A DNA stretch of 64,000 bases from Amoebophrya sp. A120. Taxonomy: Eukaryota; Protista; Dinoflagellata. Under the pieces are notes generated by a model. It worked only from the letters and a program-made list of their open reading frames with translations. It was not told the DNA's origin and did not search any database. Location: the NCBI GenBank assembly GCA_905178155.1, contig CAJINV010000009.1, positions 1,423,907 through 1,487,906 on the forward strand, in the 5' to 3' direction. Each line of letters begins with the position of its first letter. Within the stretch, counting starts at the first letter, position 1. Shown one piece after another: positions 35,782 through 48,217 of the stretch. Both the position numbers and the translations under genes were made by a program.

Positions 35782-38700
35782 ATGAAAAAGCAGAATAAGC
35801 GGAAACCTGCGGAGACGGACCTGGTGGTAGCAGAGGAAGTACCTGCTCCACCTCCTGGGCCGCGAGAAAACAATCCGGTGATCGACTTCTTCTACGGGTT
35901 AGGAGAAGTGCCTGCTCGCGCCGCGTGGAGGTTGAATAGTTTGCTGTGCCGAAACGCGAAAAGCACATCATCGACGTACTTCAACGACATCAAGTACGAG
36001 GTCGTCGATGTAAAATGCGAAATGGACGGATCGACGACCCAACAACTATTCTGGTCCGGGTCGACAGTGGGCAGGCTGCGAATATTTGCGCACATCATGT
36101 TCATGTTTTGCACGGTGTACTTCATCATCGGGGGGTACGACAGTATCGGCACCGTGTGCATTCCGGCACATGCAGTATTGTACCCGAATAGCAGCAAGTA
36201 TCCAAATGAAAAAACTCGATGCTGATTGGTGTGATCATTTTCATTCTATTTGCATGACAAATCTCAAAACGTCCGCAGATGATAGTCAACATCACCTGAT
36301 GATAATAAATACCAGCTGCCTCGCAGCTGATCTGTAATGCAGAACTTGTGATGCAGAAGCACTAATCTTTCGAGTCACGTCAAGCATCGAGTTTGGTTGT
36401 GATATTTTTTTTGACCGTGCCAAGCTGGGCGAGAAGAACGCATCCTGTTTTCGGGGCTTCAGTGAAGCGTGGGAGGTGGCTGAGCAGCTGCTCAGCTACA
36501 TCCGACCGGAGGAGTGGTATAAAAATCTACACCCGGCGACCGTCAAAATTTTTAGTCCCTCGACTGATAGTGGCGGATCCACAATCAACAGTTTTTTTTA
36601 TGTGGGCGCCGTATTCCTGTCCAACTCCTGGCTGCGGAGCAACGTGATCCTGTGGCCGACTCGGTGCCTCGCGCACCAAGTCGCCATCACCGGCCGCAGC
36701 AGTGTCGAGCTGTATCTGGGATTGTGTGGACTCGACAAAACGCGATGGCAACGGAGGGTGTATCTGCAGGTATGAAAATTTTTGTCATGCAAAGGGTGAT
36801 GCTGTGAAGATGTGGATAGTATGCAAAATAAATTTATTATTTATTTCTTACAGGGGATGAGCATCAAGCTGATGCAGGATCGGGTGCATGCAAAGCTGGC
36901 AGAGATGAAAGTGCACATCTCGCAGGCGTCTAGCGAAACCTTCAACCCAGCACCGCAGCCGGAGTTCGTCGACTTCGTAAACCGGATCCCGATTCCAATC
37001 AAGAAGAAAGAATTCTTCTTGAAATGCAACGTAAAATGCACCAACCTGATGGCGCCCCACGCCGCACGGGAACAGGCTATGCAGGCGGTACATAAATTGT
37101 ACAAAGGAACCAGATTGCCCGTCTGGACCAGATGGCTAACTGTGTCCATCGCACTGGCACAGTACGCGGCGATGTGTGCATTTTGTTTGCCGCTGATTCT
37201 CATCGGGCTGGGGTCGACGATAAAGTTCGGAGATGAACAATACTTGTCCCACGAATTCCAGCTTAACATGAGCGGAAGCACAAGTTTTTTTTTTTGATAT
37301 TTTGTTGTGATTCAAGATATGACGCAGAAAGAGCACGCGTGGCTCTTCGTTCTAGATTTTGCAATGCAAGTGTCATGCTAAAGCAACCACATGCATTACA
37401 GAGTCGTCGCTTCCAGAATGCATTACAAATTTCCAAATCTGAAAACACGACCCAGATATGCAGTTCATCTACAACATTAGCATCTGGATGGCGATGATTA
37501 TCCTGAACCCGTCGGACAACTACTGCCGCGAACTTTTGAAGTCGAGCGACCGAGACGAATCGCAGAAACTGTGGCGGACGTTTTTGCAGGAGGTAAGCGA
37601 CGCAGTAAAATACCTCGGGAACCGGGAGGCAGTTTTGTCTGACATGAAGTTCTTGTTTTGCCGGGTCGGGCAGCCGGACGTGCAATTTTCCGCAGCGCAG
37701 GAGGCCTTGGTATCGACGTTGAAGATTGCTTGACTAATGCAAACCTGTTTTCGCATGACAAATTTCCAACATCATCATCAAATGCATGACAAATTCTTTA
37801 CAGATCGACTTTCACCGCGTTGCGGCGCAGTTGGGATTGTACTTCTCGATTACATCAATGCGGTGCCGCGAGTTTTCAACCAACAAACACGACTCCTGGC
37901 TCGTCAAGTACATGTTCAAAGACCGCTCCAAGTGCATCGAAGAATTGGAAAACTGGCAGGACGGAAACTACGAGCAGGGGGATCCGGGAACGATGGCACT
38001 GGAAAGCCTCGCGGCGTGGTACAAGGCGCAGCCGCCGAAGCAGCGGAAGAGTCGTCTGCATTCGGCGTGCTGCTATTTGTACCGGCGGAACCGGCTGACG
38101 AAGAACGTGGAGAGGAAAATCGGCCGGTGCAAGCGGGTATCGCGGGAAGTCCGCCACGGTTTGAAAAGCACACCAGGGGCCGACACGGCCTGCAACAGGA
38201 CGGACTGGCAGAATTGCAGGGATTCTGCTGTGGACGAAGCAAAGCGGTTCGACACCACACCCGCAGACGATGACACGCAGGCCCGCGCACCTGCGGCGAA
38301 GAAGCGCACCTACCACGTTCCGCGCGCAATCGACATGAAACGGAGTCACCAGTGCAAGACGGTGGAAAAGCAGGAAGGAAAGCATGGATCGCTGAAGACA
38401 ACGCACCTGCTGAACAGTTGGGGCAGTGCTGCGGAGCAGACGAAGTACGAAGCGATGGCGCAGCTGCAGAACAAAAAAGAAGTCAAAGCAGGACCCAAGT
38501 TCGAGTCGGAAAGCGAAAGCGAGGATGAGTGGCCGGATCGCGCGGAGCCGGTGGCGCTGGCGGAGCGTGGTTGCTACCTCGCGGTGGAAGACGCAGTGTG
38601 TAGTGAGTTTGTCACTGACAAGAACGATTACCGGAAGCTGTTGCCAATCTCCACCTCCCGGGTCCTGCAGCCACTGCAGAACGAATCTCCGCCGGAAATA

Positions 38701-38838
38701 CGCGTCAAAGCGCGGAAGGTGCCACTGGTCGCGGCGATATTGGATAAGTACGTGCGGGCGAAGAGCAAGACGCTGAAAGAGAAGTGCAGCACGGATACAA
38801 AAGAAACGAAGAATGGTATCACAGTGAAGAACTACTAG
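35782..38838 (+). CDS. Divergent hAT-superfamily-like DDE transposase, multi-exon (~35782-36198, 36425-36769, 36854-37261, 37464-37709, 37804-38838); further 5' and 3' exons likely
   Basis: Motifs in hAT order: EMDGST (36025), TDSGGS (36563), RCLAHQV CxxH (36662), TRWLT (37127), ITSMRCREFS (37849-37878). All four junctions are in frame; two are GT-AG (36770-36853, 37710-37803). Confidence 0.7.
36199..36424 (+). other. Non-canonical 226-nt intron in the transposase gene
   Basis: CAAG direct repeat at both junctions, TATCC start, internal IR AAACTCGATGCT/AGCATCGAGTTT. In-frame join PNSSK|LGEKN; no sliding register gives GT-AG. Confidence 0.65.
37262..37463 (+). other. Non-canonical (CT...AG) 202-nt intron in the transposase gene
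   Basis: CAG direct repeat; in-frame join SHEFQ|FIYNIS; AT-rich interior with TGTCATGC and GCATTACAAA motifs. Confidence 0.55.
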
Positions 38839-38940
38839 CTTTTCAAAAAGAATGCGAGCTTGTTTCGCTTGACCCACAATTTGTAATGCAACACTTGCGC
38901 ATGACAAGTTCTTTTTTGCAAGAAAAAGCGTGTTTTTTCT

Positions 38941-40699
38941 GTGATACCTTCTTCATATGTGGAGCAATTGCAGCTGCACCACCTGCAGGACGACGAAAGC
39001 TTGGAAGATAACCTGCCGGAGCCGGAACCAGAAGCGGAGATCATCGACGGAGATTTGAAGGTTGCTGCCGCGGTGGAAAAGTTGGCTTCCGACTTGAAAA
39101 AGCTGCTGACAAACGTCTTGATCACGAAGCTGCGGCACAAGGAGACGAACGAACTGCACGACTTCATGATCCTGGAGATCATGTGCGGTCCGGCGCATTT
39201 CAAGGCGATACAGCTGCAGAAGCTGCCTGCTGGAAAAGACGAAGTGCAGGGCGTTTTTGACGAGAAATTCGCGCCAACCTGCGTGATGGTTTACTCCGAC
39301 TGCGACGTGGATTACGACCTTGGGGAGGCGCACAGCTTCTTCACGATGAAGCTACTACCGGACGCAAAGATGGCGCTTCCGTGCGTGTGTCGCGGAGAGC
39401 AGGTCACGATTAACCTGGATAAGACGGTGAAAGTGAAGCCGCAACCCGACAAGACCATCTCCGAGGACGCGATCAAGCAGATGTCATTGATGGAGAGATA
39501 CGCTCTCAATGATAACGTTCAGCGGACGATGCGGCCGGTGGCACTGCGTATTGTATCGGTGGAAACGTAACCAAGCAGCTTCGTGGTCGGTTGCTGGAGA
39601 AATACGACCAGAACGAGCGACTGGTGTTGCGGTTGGTGCTGTGGATAAAAAAGCACTGCTCCGCAGCCGAAGCTGCGACTGAAATACAAGCATTTTGTCA
39701 TGCAAAAAGCATGCATATGTGACGTTTCTCCGAACAGACCGGGTGCTTGGTTACGTTTGCAGCGTGGATAAGCTGCTGACCCGCAAGTACAGGACAAAAT
39801 CTACGTGGTGAAGGAGAAGCAGAGCGTCGTGGTGCGGCTGCACCGCGAAGTGGATGAAGATGCCGCATTGGCTGCTGACGACCTTATTCCGGAGCTCTCT
39901 TCGCAGAGCAAGCAGAAGGATACCCAAACGCAGCAGACGTCTCTGGATTCCCAAGTGTCGCAGAAGGCGACTGTGCAGATCGATGGACGGGAGTACAAGG
40001 AGTTCGTTTGGCAGAAGAAGATCGTCGCATCCCGGATGCATCCGCTGCGAATTTCCGGCTTCAAGGTCAGCGAAAATACCAGCAAGTCCGACAACCGCGG
40101 GAAAGCCAAGGACAGCTTGCGTTTCAAGGTGGAATGCATCCACGGAACGATGAAAAAGCAGATCGTGGACTGCTATTCGTCGCGGTGCTTGAATATGAAG
40201 ACCGGGGCAACGAAAAACGCCGTGAAGTACATGCGGCATGGCGAGCACAGCGACCACTTCTTCGTTCACCGAGTTGATGCTAAACGTGTGGAGTTGCCGT
40301 GCGCGCTTCATAGCACCACGAGCCGTCCTCCACAACAAAGATCCCACCGCTTTTCCTGGCCAACACCACGTGGATGCGCTGAAGCTGCAGTACGACGAGG
40401 CGATGAGCGAGATTCTGGAGTACGCGAAGCAGGTGGTAACCGTGAACGGGAAGAAGTGGGTGGAGATCGAAGCTGAAGCGACAATCGGCGACGGTGAATT
40501 GAAGTGCTTGGGCCCTGCGTTTGTCGCGCCGCATTACCACGATTTTCCGGCAGCGGAGGACGCGTTGGATGGTGATGAGTTGCCCGTGCTGCTGGAGAAG
40601 AAGAAGCGAAAGAAGAAGAACGGAAAGCTGCCTGCTATTGCGGAAGAACCAGAGCCGGAATCCGCAGAGAACCTGTTGCGGAAAATGGGCACCGCGTAA
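38941..40699 (+). pseudogene. Coding-like segments downstream of the transposase (C-terminal extension or cargo gene), apparently frameshifted
   Basis: ORFs 38941..39570, 39805..40476 and 40238..40699 look coding (GC-rich third positions) but switch frames near 39550 and 40300. Basic NLS-like KKKRKKKNGK near the end. Confidence 0.5.
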
Positions 40700-42099
40700 C
40701 GGGCGGATCGACGACAAGAACACAACGATTTGGAAGGACCAGGGGGGAACGCAACTCGTTCTCCAGCAGCAGCCGGCAGCTTCAGAAAATAAGCACTCAT
40801 TTTCTCTCTTTTAAGACTCTTCTGTAGAAAGCGTGATCATTTGGTAGTCAAAATATTAAGAAAATATTAAGAAAATCTTATGTAGAAAAACATAAATTAT
40901 TTTGTCCATTCGAGAAAATAATGAGACCTCTATAACCGTGATCGTAGCATCGTGGAACGTACAAAATAATGGACATACGTTTTTGAAAATAATGAGATAG
41001 TAATTGCCTCAATAATTCTACTCAAAATCTTGCTCTCCTTCTTAAGTTTTCGCGAGTCGTTCTAGTTGAAGTATTCTTAATAAAATGAACAGCTTTCTTC
41101 TTGTAAAATCTAGATTTTCACGTTCCCAACTTCAATCATCTGTAGCCGGAATCGACGAGAAGGTGACCAGGATCGACTTGGCATGACCTCCGCCATGTAG
41201 AGCAGCCTGGATCTGATGCGTTCATGAGCTTGTCATGCTGGCAGCTTTGTACTTCAAGAAGGCGACCTTCTGGATTTGTAATGCAGCGTTCCTGAGTTTG
41301 TATTGCCAAGGAGATCCTGCAGATGCATACCGAAGACCGCGATGAACTCCATGGCCACGTCCGCGTCGACCTGCACGACCATGGTGTCTACTTGGTGGGC
41401 TGCACGATCTTCGTCACCTTCTCGATCGACTCCTCCAATAGTACCTGATAGAATGTAGGATAGAATAACAAATAGTAGAAGCACGCTTTACAGTAGTAGG
41501 CTTCGCAGTAGTAGACGTCCACTAACAGAGGTATAAAAGCGACGCGATGTAGTACATGAAAGTGAAGAAATAGTAATAGAATACATGAAGAAAAGTAACA
41601 CATCTTGCATGGCATGGGAAAGCATTGAGTTGAAGCTTGGAAAAGGGATAGATGAACACAGCATAGCAAACATAGTGGAAAAGTAACAAAAAAGCACGCG
41701 AAAATCTTGTACAGTTTCAGTGTATAACTTTGCTGCATACTTCGCATCAGTTGCGCGTCATATTTACAGTACAAAACCAGAAAAGAAAGTAGTAGTACCT
41801 ATTTGCCAGCGTGCTTGAGCTCGTTTTCACATCTTCTGCACCGTGTTCGCGTCGAAGGTCTTGATGAATAGAAGTTCGCTGAAGTGTATTTTTCGCACAT
41901 GATGATTGAAAAGTGATCACGGATCCAGTTTCGTACTACAGATTTGAAATATAGTAGAAGTACTTCTTTGTTTCTCAGCGAATTGATATCGCTGCACACA
42001 CAGAGTCGGTTCTTTCTTTCTCTTTTTTTTCAGAGCGAGGTAGCTGCTGATTTGAATTCTTTGAACGTCCTTTTCAATAAAAAACCGTAGCCGATTATT

Positions 42100-45000
42100 A
42101 TGAACAGCCAATCCAGCCTTCGCAGTACTCCTACATCAGAGCGCTCTAGCACTTATCACACTTTGGGACTTCTGAGCGCTACACTGTGGGCTGGTGAGGC
42201 TTTAGCAGCAGAGAGTATTCTTGATCGTGAGTCTAGTTCTGAGGAATCTGAGCCACTCATGCCACCGCGCCTTACACGACATGATACTGAGCAGGTGGCT
42301 CAGGCCGTCGCAGAGTCGACGCGCATGACAGTAAAGATGGGTTTTCGTTTTGTTAGATACTTAGATGGAAAAGATGCGATGCTTTTGAAAACCAGAGTTC
42401 CTGATGAACCGGTATAATGAATGTTTTCATCATGCAAAATGAGAAACAGATGCAATGCTACTTCAATTTCAAATTCAAAAAAAAAAAACATCACAGAACT
42501 CGGCGTCGATTTTCGAAGCTTTGAAGCAACTTGTGCGTGATCAGAATTATACGCGTACAAAAATTAACGCGAGAATCGCGGCCCTGGGACGTAAGTCCCA
42601 GGCAGAAATTCAAAGACTTCCTTTGAGTCATGAGCGACTGATTGCGAAAGCAATCAAACGGGTGCCGACATTTATTCGTGAAGTTTTGCTGCTGACCCGT
42701 TTTGATCGTATTTTGTATGATAGTAAATTGTGGGAATTCTGTGATGTATTCGTGCACTTTGTGTCTAGTTCTGCATGACAAACTTGCAATTCTAGAAAGA
42801 GTCATCTTGAATCATCTGCGCATCAACTATTTTGATGTCGCGACGCATGACAAAGCAGCTCAGGAACACTTGACAACTAGGCCTCAACATACAAAACAGG
42901 AATTCCCACCTTGCATCACCATAACCGCGCGACGTTCCGCGACTCCGACAAGACCGTTTTGAGAGGCTGCGCTGATGAATCCGTGCAGGCGCTCCTGGTA
43001 CTAAAATATTTCAACATGTTCACTTGCATCTTGTCTTGCGTAGATTCAAAAAACTGGCTTTGTCGCCAAGGTACATACGACACTGCATGACAAATAAGAA
43101 CTTTGTGCCAATTTCCTAGCAGCATGTCAAGAAAGGGATTTTGTGTGATCAGAAAAGCAAGATCATGTTGAAATTGCATAAAAACTTCTTTCAGGAACAC
43201 CTGATGAGCCGCGCGTTGAGTCTCAGCGACGAGTCCACCGCCTTGTCCGCCTTGTACGTGTTCGATTGGTGCGCTGAATTCTGCAGCGACAACTGGTTGG
43301 CCTGGTGCGAAGTCGGAGCCATCGACTGTCTCGACCAGGGTATCGTGAACGCGGCGAGGTCCAATGTGAACACCAAGATCCGTACGTTGCAGGGAGTGGC
43401 AGAGTGGTATTTTTGTACTTCATGTGAGCATCAAGTCTAGTAGTGATACATGTGTTTTTCATCGATGATGCAACTATTGCGCTTTCTATCTTGGACTCGT
43501 GTAATATTGAAAAAAATACTAATACCAGGGCCGAGAACCGCGGTCGTTTCTTCATCGGACCTACCACGCACATGCCCGACTTGAAGGCCAACTTGAAGCT
43601 GGTGATCCGCGCCTGCCGCGAGAAGAAGGTCCAGAAGCTCCAATTGAAGATGCGTGACGTCATCGCCCTCAACCAGACCGAAACGCCCCAACATAAATTT
43701 TGGATGAAACTCGAAACGGTATGTCATACATAGCACCGTTCTGAACTTGCATAAGCAATCACTTTCGCATGACACAGTGAGGCTTTCATGAAAGAAAATC
43801 CCTCTACTTGCATTTGAAATTACGTACAGATTGTGAATACCGCTGCGACGGTGGAAATGTTGGAGGAGGGCTTGGTCAAGGTGGTGAACCACATGAACGA
43901 CCCGATGCTCATGTCGATCGACAGCGCGTACGTGTTCAAGCTGCTGGATGCCCATGAGTGCGGTGAACTCTTCATCTGGAAGGTGTACAACAAGGCCCAC
44001 GGGATGGTCGAAGTGACACTGTTTCAGCTGGTACGTATCTGTTTTGTACATCAGTGTTGAGTCGGTTCAGTTTCACACATTAACGTAAAAAATACAACAT
44101 CACGTGGCACAACGTCATATTTCGGCTTTCGGTTTACTTCGGTTTGATGTGCATAGCATGTAGTGGAAAGAAAAGTCTGAAATTAAATTAATACCATCAT
44201 CACTACAGCGTCGTGATGACATGCGCGACTTCATGCAGAACTTGATCGACGCCGTCGGATCCCTGGACGACATGCCGCACCCCTGCATCTCCAGCTTGGA
44301 TCGCCTGCGTCAGTCCATCCATGAGAACGACCTGGAGGCCTTTGCCAAGTTACCCGCCCGGATCACCATCGATCTGGTCGGGGAGGTGCGCTCCATGATC
44401 CTCAAGCTAGATGAAGAACGGATTGTCATGGACGTGAAGCGGATGCTGAACATTTTGTCGAAGATGAAGATGATGTTCGAACAGACGCAGGATGCCGGCG
44501 GGAACCACAACGTGGCCCTCCGCGACGAGGTCCACGCTGCGTTGGCCGAGTACAACAACTTGTCCGTCCGCAACCAGTTTCGTCCGTTGATCCTCGCCTG
44601 CAACATCGTCCACTCCGAGTACCAGATCAACCTCGAGACGGGCGAGCAGAAGGCCCGGCAGGTCGCTGCCCACTTGGACTATGTAGTGCAATTCGATGTT
44701 TCCATCACGCTATCGTCTTCGGTTCTATGCATAACAATGTCATGTAAAAACAACACTGGCACAAGTTCGAGTCTCGCATGTTGATTCTATGTTAGCTGGA
44801 AATAATGCTGATCTTGAAGTGAAAAAGCGTGACAAAGAGACGAAGTAGTGTGATGGAAACAATGCTTTCGCTTCCATATCGCCGTGTGCCGGAACAAAGT
44901 GTTTTTGTCCTACAACGAGGTCGAGGTCGCCTTCCAGGAGATGATGTCCGCGTTCCGCGTGTACACCCTGTTGCCGGCGCAGGCCGCGATCACCACGGCG

Positions 45001-45523
45001 ATTATCGGAAGTATGATTTTGCTTTTTGTTTTCTAGATCGGTTGCGAGAAAGAGTTGTGAAGAGGGAGAGGAAGTGAAGAAAGAACAGTATGAAAAACCC
45101 AAACGCGAATCTTCATGCCTAGTTGCACTTCATGCAAGAAAACTTCATCACAGACATGCAGATATGTTCTTCACTACACAAAAACAGCTATCAGGTGACT
45201 TTGATGCTGCCAGCTTGGCGTTCGAAAACTCGGATGAAGTCTGGGAATTAGCGTGTGGGGAAGGTCGTAACAGTCTGTACCGCCAGATTACCAGGAAATG
45301 GCCGAATGGCAATCCCGCCGACGGGGATCAGGCCATGCCGCTGCAGATGCGACCGGACATGTACGTGCAGAGGCGCAGGGTGTCTATGGACTTGGGCGAT
45401 GACTTGGACGCCGCGAATGCCGCGCCGCAGCCGATCGAGGATGCCAACAACGACAATGTGAACAACAATGAGGCCAGCAACGGCATCGAAGACGAGGAGG
45501 ATGACCTGTTGGCCGATGACTAA
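42100..45523 (+). CDS. Multi-exon cargo gene of unknown function, helical with acidic C-terminal tail
   Basis: Five consecutive in-frame GT-AG introns after 42412-42496: 42708-42899, 42998-43194, 43407-43528, 43719-43829, 44031-44208. Another intron at ~44683-44919; junctions at 45010-45195 unresolved. Confidence 0.7.
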
Positions 45524-46379
45524 TCGGCTTTGTAAAAAAGCGAAGGCTATTGTGCTACATTTATTAGTGTTTTATTAGTAACATCTAGTGATCACGAAGT
45601 AAGTGTTGTACAGTAGTTTTTACTTTTTGTTCATGTAGAGAGCTGGCAGAAAAGCACTCTCTCTTGAACGTATGCTCTGTAAAAGGGCAAATAGGATTTG
45701 CGTTCTCCGCGCAGCGATGCAAAGATAGTGTACCTGGAGCATAATTTCGAGGTCGCATCATTCGAGAAAATAAATCTGCGTGGGTTTTCCCAAAAGACGT
45801 GAGGGTGTATCTGTTAGCCGTCTATACAAAAGTTTCTGTTTCGAGAAACCCACCAGATTATGCGACTATTCGAAAACAAACAATTTATTTGTCGATGAAA
45901 GTAAAGGACCTGTGCAAATCCTTCTTTTTGAGACCACAGAGTAAAAGTGAAAATAAAAAAAGAACGTGCACCGCAACAGCTTTTTCAAAATGCAAGCCTC
46001 GATGTTCTTTCCACAAATGCAATATCGAATTGATCACCTTTCTCTTTCTCACATGTGAAGAATGCAAATGTAACAATCGCGACGCTGTTATTGATTACAA
46101 ATGCAAAAGAGTGTCGTATTATGTCTTTCGGTTTGTGGCAATTGATATTGTGAAAAGTCTTCACTTACAACACCAGCGACACATGAGAAAGAGAGAATTA
46201 TGCGGTGAGTATGTTTATTGATTCATAACAAAGACCGCACTTGATGAGAAAGCATTAGCTTAAGTTCATACTAGTTACAACACCACCTCTTCCGCAGGTG
46301 GTGAATGAGTGAGAGATTCTGCTGCGCTGTCTCGCGCGGCAGCTACTTGGAGCCGCGGTTCGACTGCTGCTCTGGGCCA

Positions 46380-46975
46380 CTTGGAGTTGTGGTTCGACGG
46401 CAGCCGCTACTTGGGAGCGGGTGCGGGTGGAGGCAGCGTGGACGGTTGAAGCCGTCTTACCGCCGTCCGATGCCGTGGACGCGCAATCGTCCAATGCCGG
46501 GTGGAGGCAGCGTGGATGCCGGGTGCCATCGATGCACCCGACGGTGGACTCTGCAGATACGGACGAGCAGCTGCGAGTGCGGGTGGAGGAGCAGCTGCGA
46601 GCGCGAGTGGAAAGGCAGCTGCGATGGAGAACGGGTGGACCACCAGCTGCGATGGGTGGACGAGCCACCACTGCGCGTGACGCAGCTGACGGTGGTCACG
46701 GCAGCTGCGAGTGACGCCGTGGACGGGTGGAGGAGCTGCTGCGTTGCTCAGTGGAAGGTGGATACGGCAGCAGCTGCTGGCGCGAATCGAGGAGCAGCTG
46801 CGAGTGCGGGTGGCACTGCGAGTGCGGGCTTTCCCGCGAGTGCGGGTGGAGGAGCAGCTGCGACGGAGGACGAGTGGACGACCAGCTGCGCCGGCGAGAG
46901 GAGCAGCTGCGCGTGACGGAGCGGACGGTGGACACGGAAAGCAGAAAGGAGAAGCTGCGGTGGAAGCGGAAATTT
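46380..46975. repeat. Degenerate GC-rich ~24-bp tandem repeat (GGTGGAGGAGCAGCTGCGAGTGCG)
   Basis: About a dozen CAGCTGC cores; translates as (V)EEQLRVR repeats in one frame. Confidence 0.8.
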
Positions 46976-47579
46976 GGACTACGGGCATTGGAGCCAGCGC
47001 GTCGAAGGAGCGGACAGCGGTTGTTTGATTCGATCAAACCTGATGGAAATCGCATGGGACGCCGCGAATATCCAAAAAAAAGAGCTATGGCCAAATCAAT
47101 AAGCGGTGGTGAAGGTCATGTCAAAGTCCCATCGTGGAATACTTCTTCAACTCAGGCAAAAAAAACGATTGCCTTGTATCTATGTCGCGTTTTGTATGTA
47201 CCACATCGATTTCAAAAAAACCCCGCTTCGCATGTTCCGGATTCAATGCAATCTTTTTTTTGCGACACGACGTCAAGTCGACAATCGTTTTGACGATGCA
47301 GCACGTGATCGACATTTTTGCACAAAAGCATGATCGCGCGCGACTGCGAGTTGATGATGGCCATAGCGCTTTTGTTCTGCATATCCTGGCAGCAGCGGAT
47401 GCAGCGGACCGGCGGCGAACAAGGACGAAAGGAAAAAGAGGAACAGATGCGAAAACGCCGCCGGATGGAAAAATGGAAGCGCGGAGAACCCAGCGGTCCA
47501 CGGATGGTGGTCGTGCATTGCATTTGCATTGCACTTGATAAAGAACCGCTTCTATCAAAAAAAAATCTCTCATGTTGCT

Positions 47580-47820
47580 TGCGAACACTGACATATCGGG
47601 CTGAAGCTTCACAGTGCAGTGGTTTGCATGCTTGGGAAGATCGAAGGCAGTAGCTCATGAGAATTTGATCTTCGTGAAAAAAAGACTTTAAATACGCATT
47701 TAGATCCTACATTGAGGCGGAGGTAAAATCTCACCGGATCTGCACTGTGAAGCTTTTAGCCCTTTAACTTCTCAGATATGCATGTAGTGTGTCAGTATGG
47801 CGCTAATGATCACAAGCATG
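47580..47820. repeat. Inverted-repeat pair, possible decayed MITE inside the large element
   Basis: GGGCTGAAGCTTCACAGTGCAG (47598-47619) vs CTGCACTGTGAAGCTTTTAGCCC (47740-47762); weaker outer pairing ACTGACA/TGTCAGT. Confidence 0.6.
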
Positions 47821-48217
47821 TCGTTTGCATATGAATAATGCTTCACAAACCAGCAGCGAACACACGGCAGGAGAAGCAGCCGAACAGGAGCCGCCGACTA
47901 TCGTCTAAGCGAGTTCGTGTTGCGGACAGACAGAACGCCTTCCGTAAAGTGCGTGGGTGGCTTTATTCATGTCACCGCGATGCACACCAAGTGCTTAAAC
48001 TAACTAGAACACAAGCTGCTGCGACACAGCAGCGACGTGACTATGCAGGATCGGTTGCTTCTGGTGTTCAACAAACATTGAAAAAAAAATTTTAAACTTT
48101 AAGAAATCCGGCAGCTGTCTGGTTTGCGTCATTCATCAAACCGCGCCGGTCCCAAGGCTGTCGCTCGCCCGCTAAGCCACTCCTAGCCACGAGAGCTCTA
48201 GCGTAACAAAGACAAAA

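Larger units (their letters stand above)
33721..48155. mobile_element. 14.4-kb hAT-like DNA transposon with cargo genes; ~62-bp imperfect TIRs, 6-bp TSD GGCTGT
   Basis: Outer 16 bp perfect (TTGGGACCGGCGCGGT / ACCGCGCCGGTCCCAA) plus inner perfect 14-bp block (CTGCCGGATTTCTT 33761-33774 / AAGAAATCCGGCAG 48101-48114). GGCTGT at 33715-33720 and 48156-48161. Internal transposase motifs. Confidence 0.88.

Noticed and set aside
42700-43200. Non-canonical introns suggested by direct repeats TTTTGAT (42700/42830) and TCAGGAACAC (42860/43191)
   Set aside because: Two canonical GT-AG introns with an internal exon at 42900-42997 explain the region in frame more simply.
33721-48155. Polinton/Maverick identity (similar size, 6-bp TSD)
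   Set aside because: No protein-primed PolB, integrase, packaging ATPase or capsid motifs seen; TIRs are short and the enzyme motifs are hAT-like.
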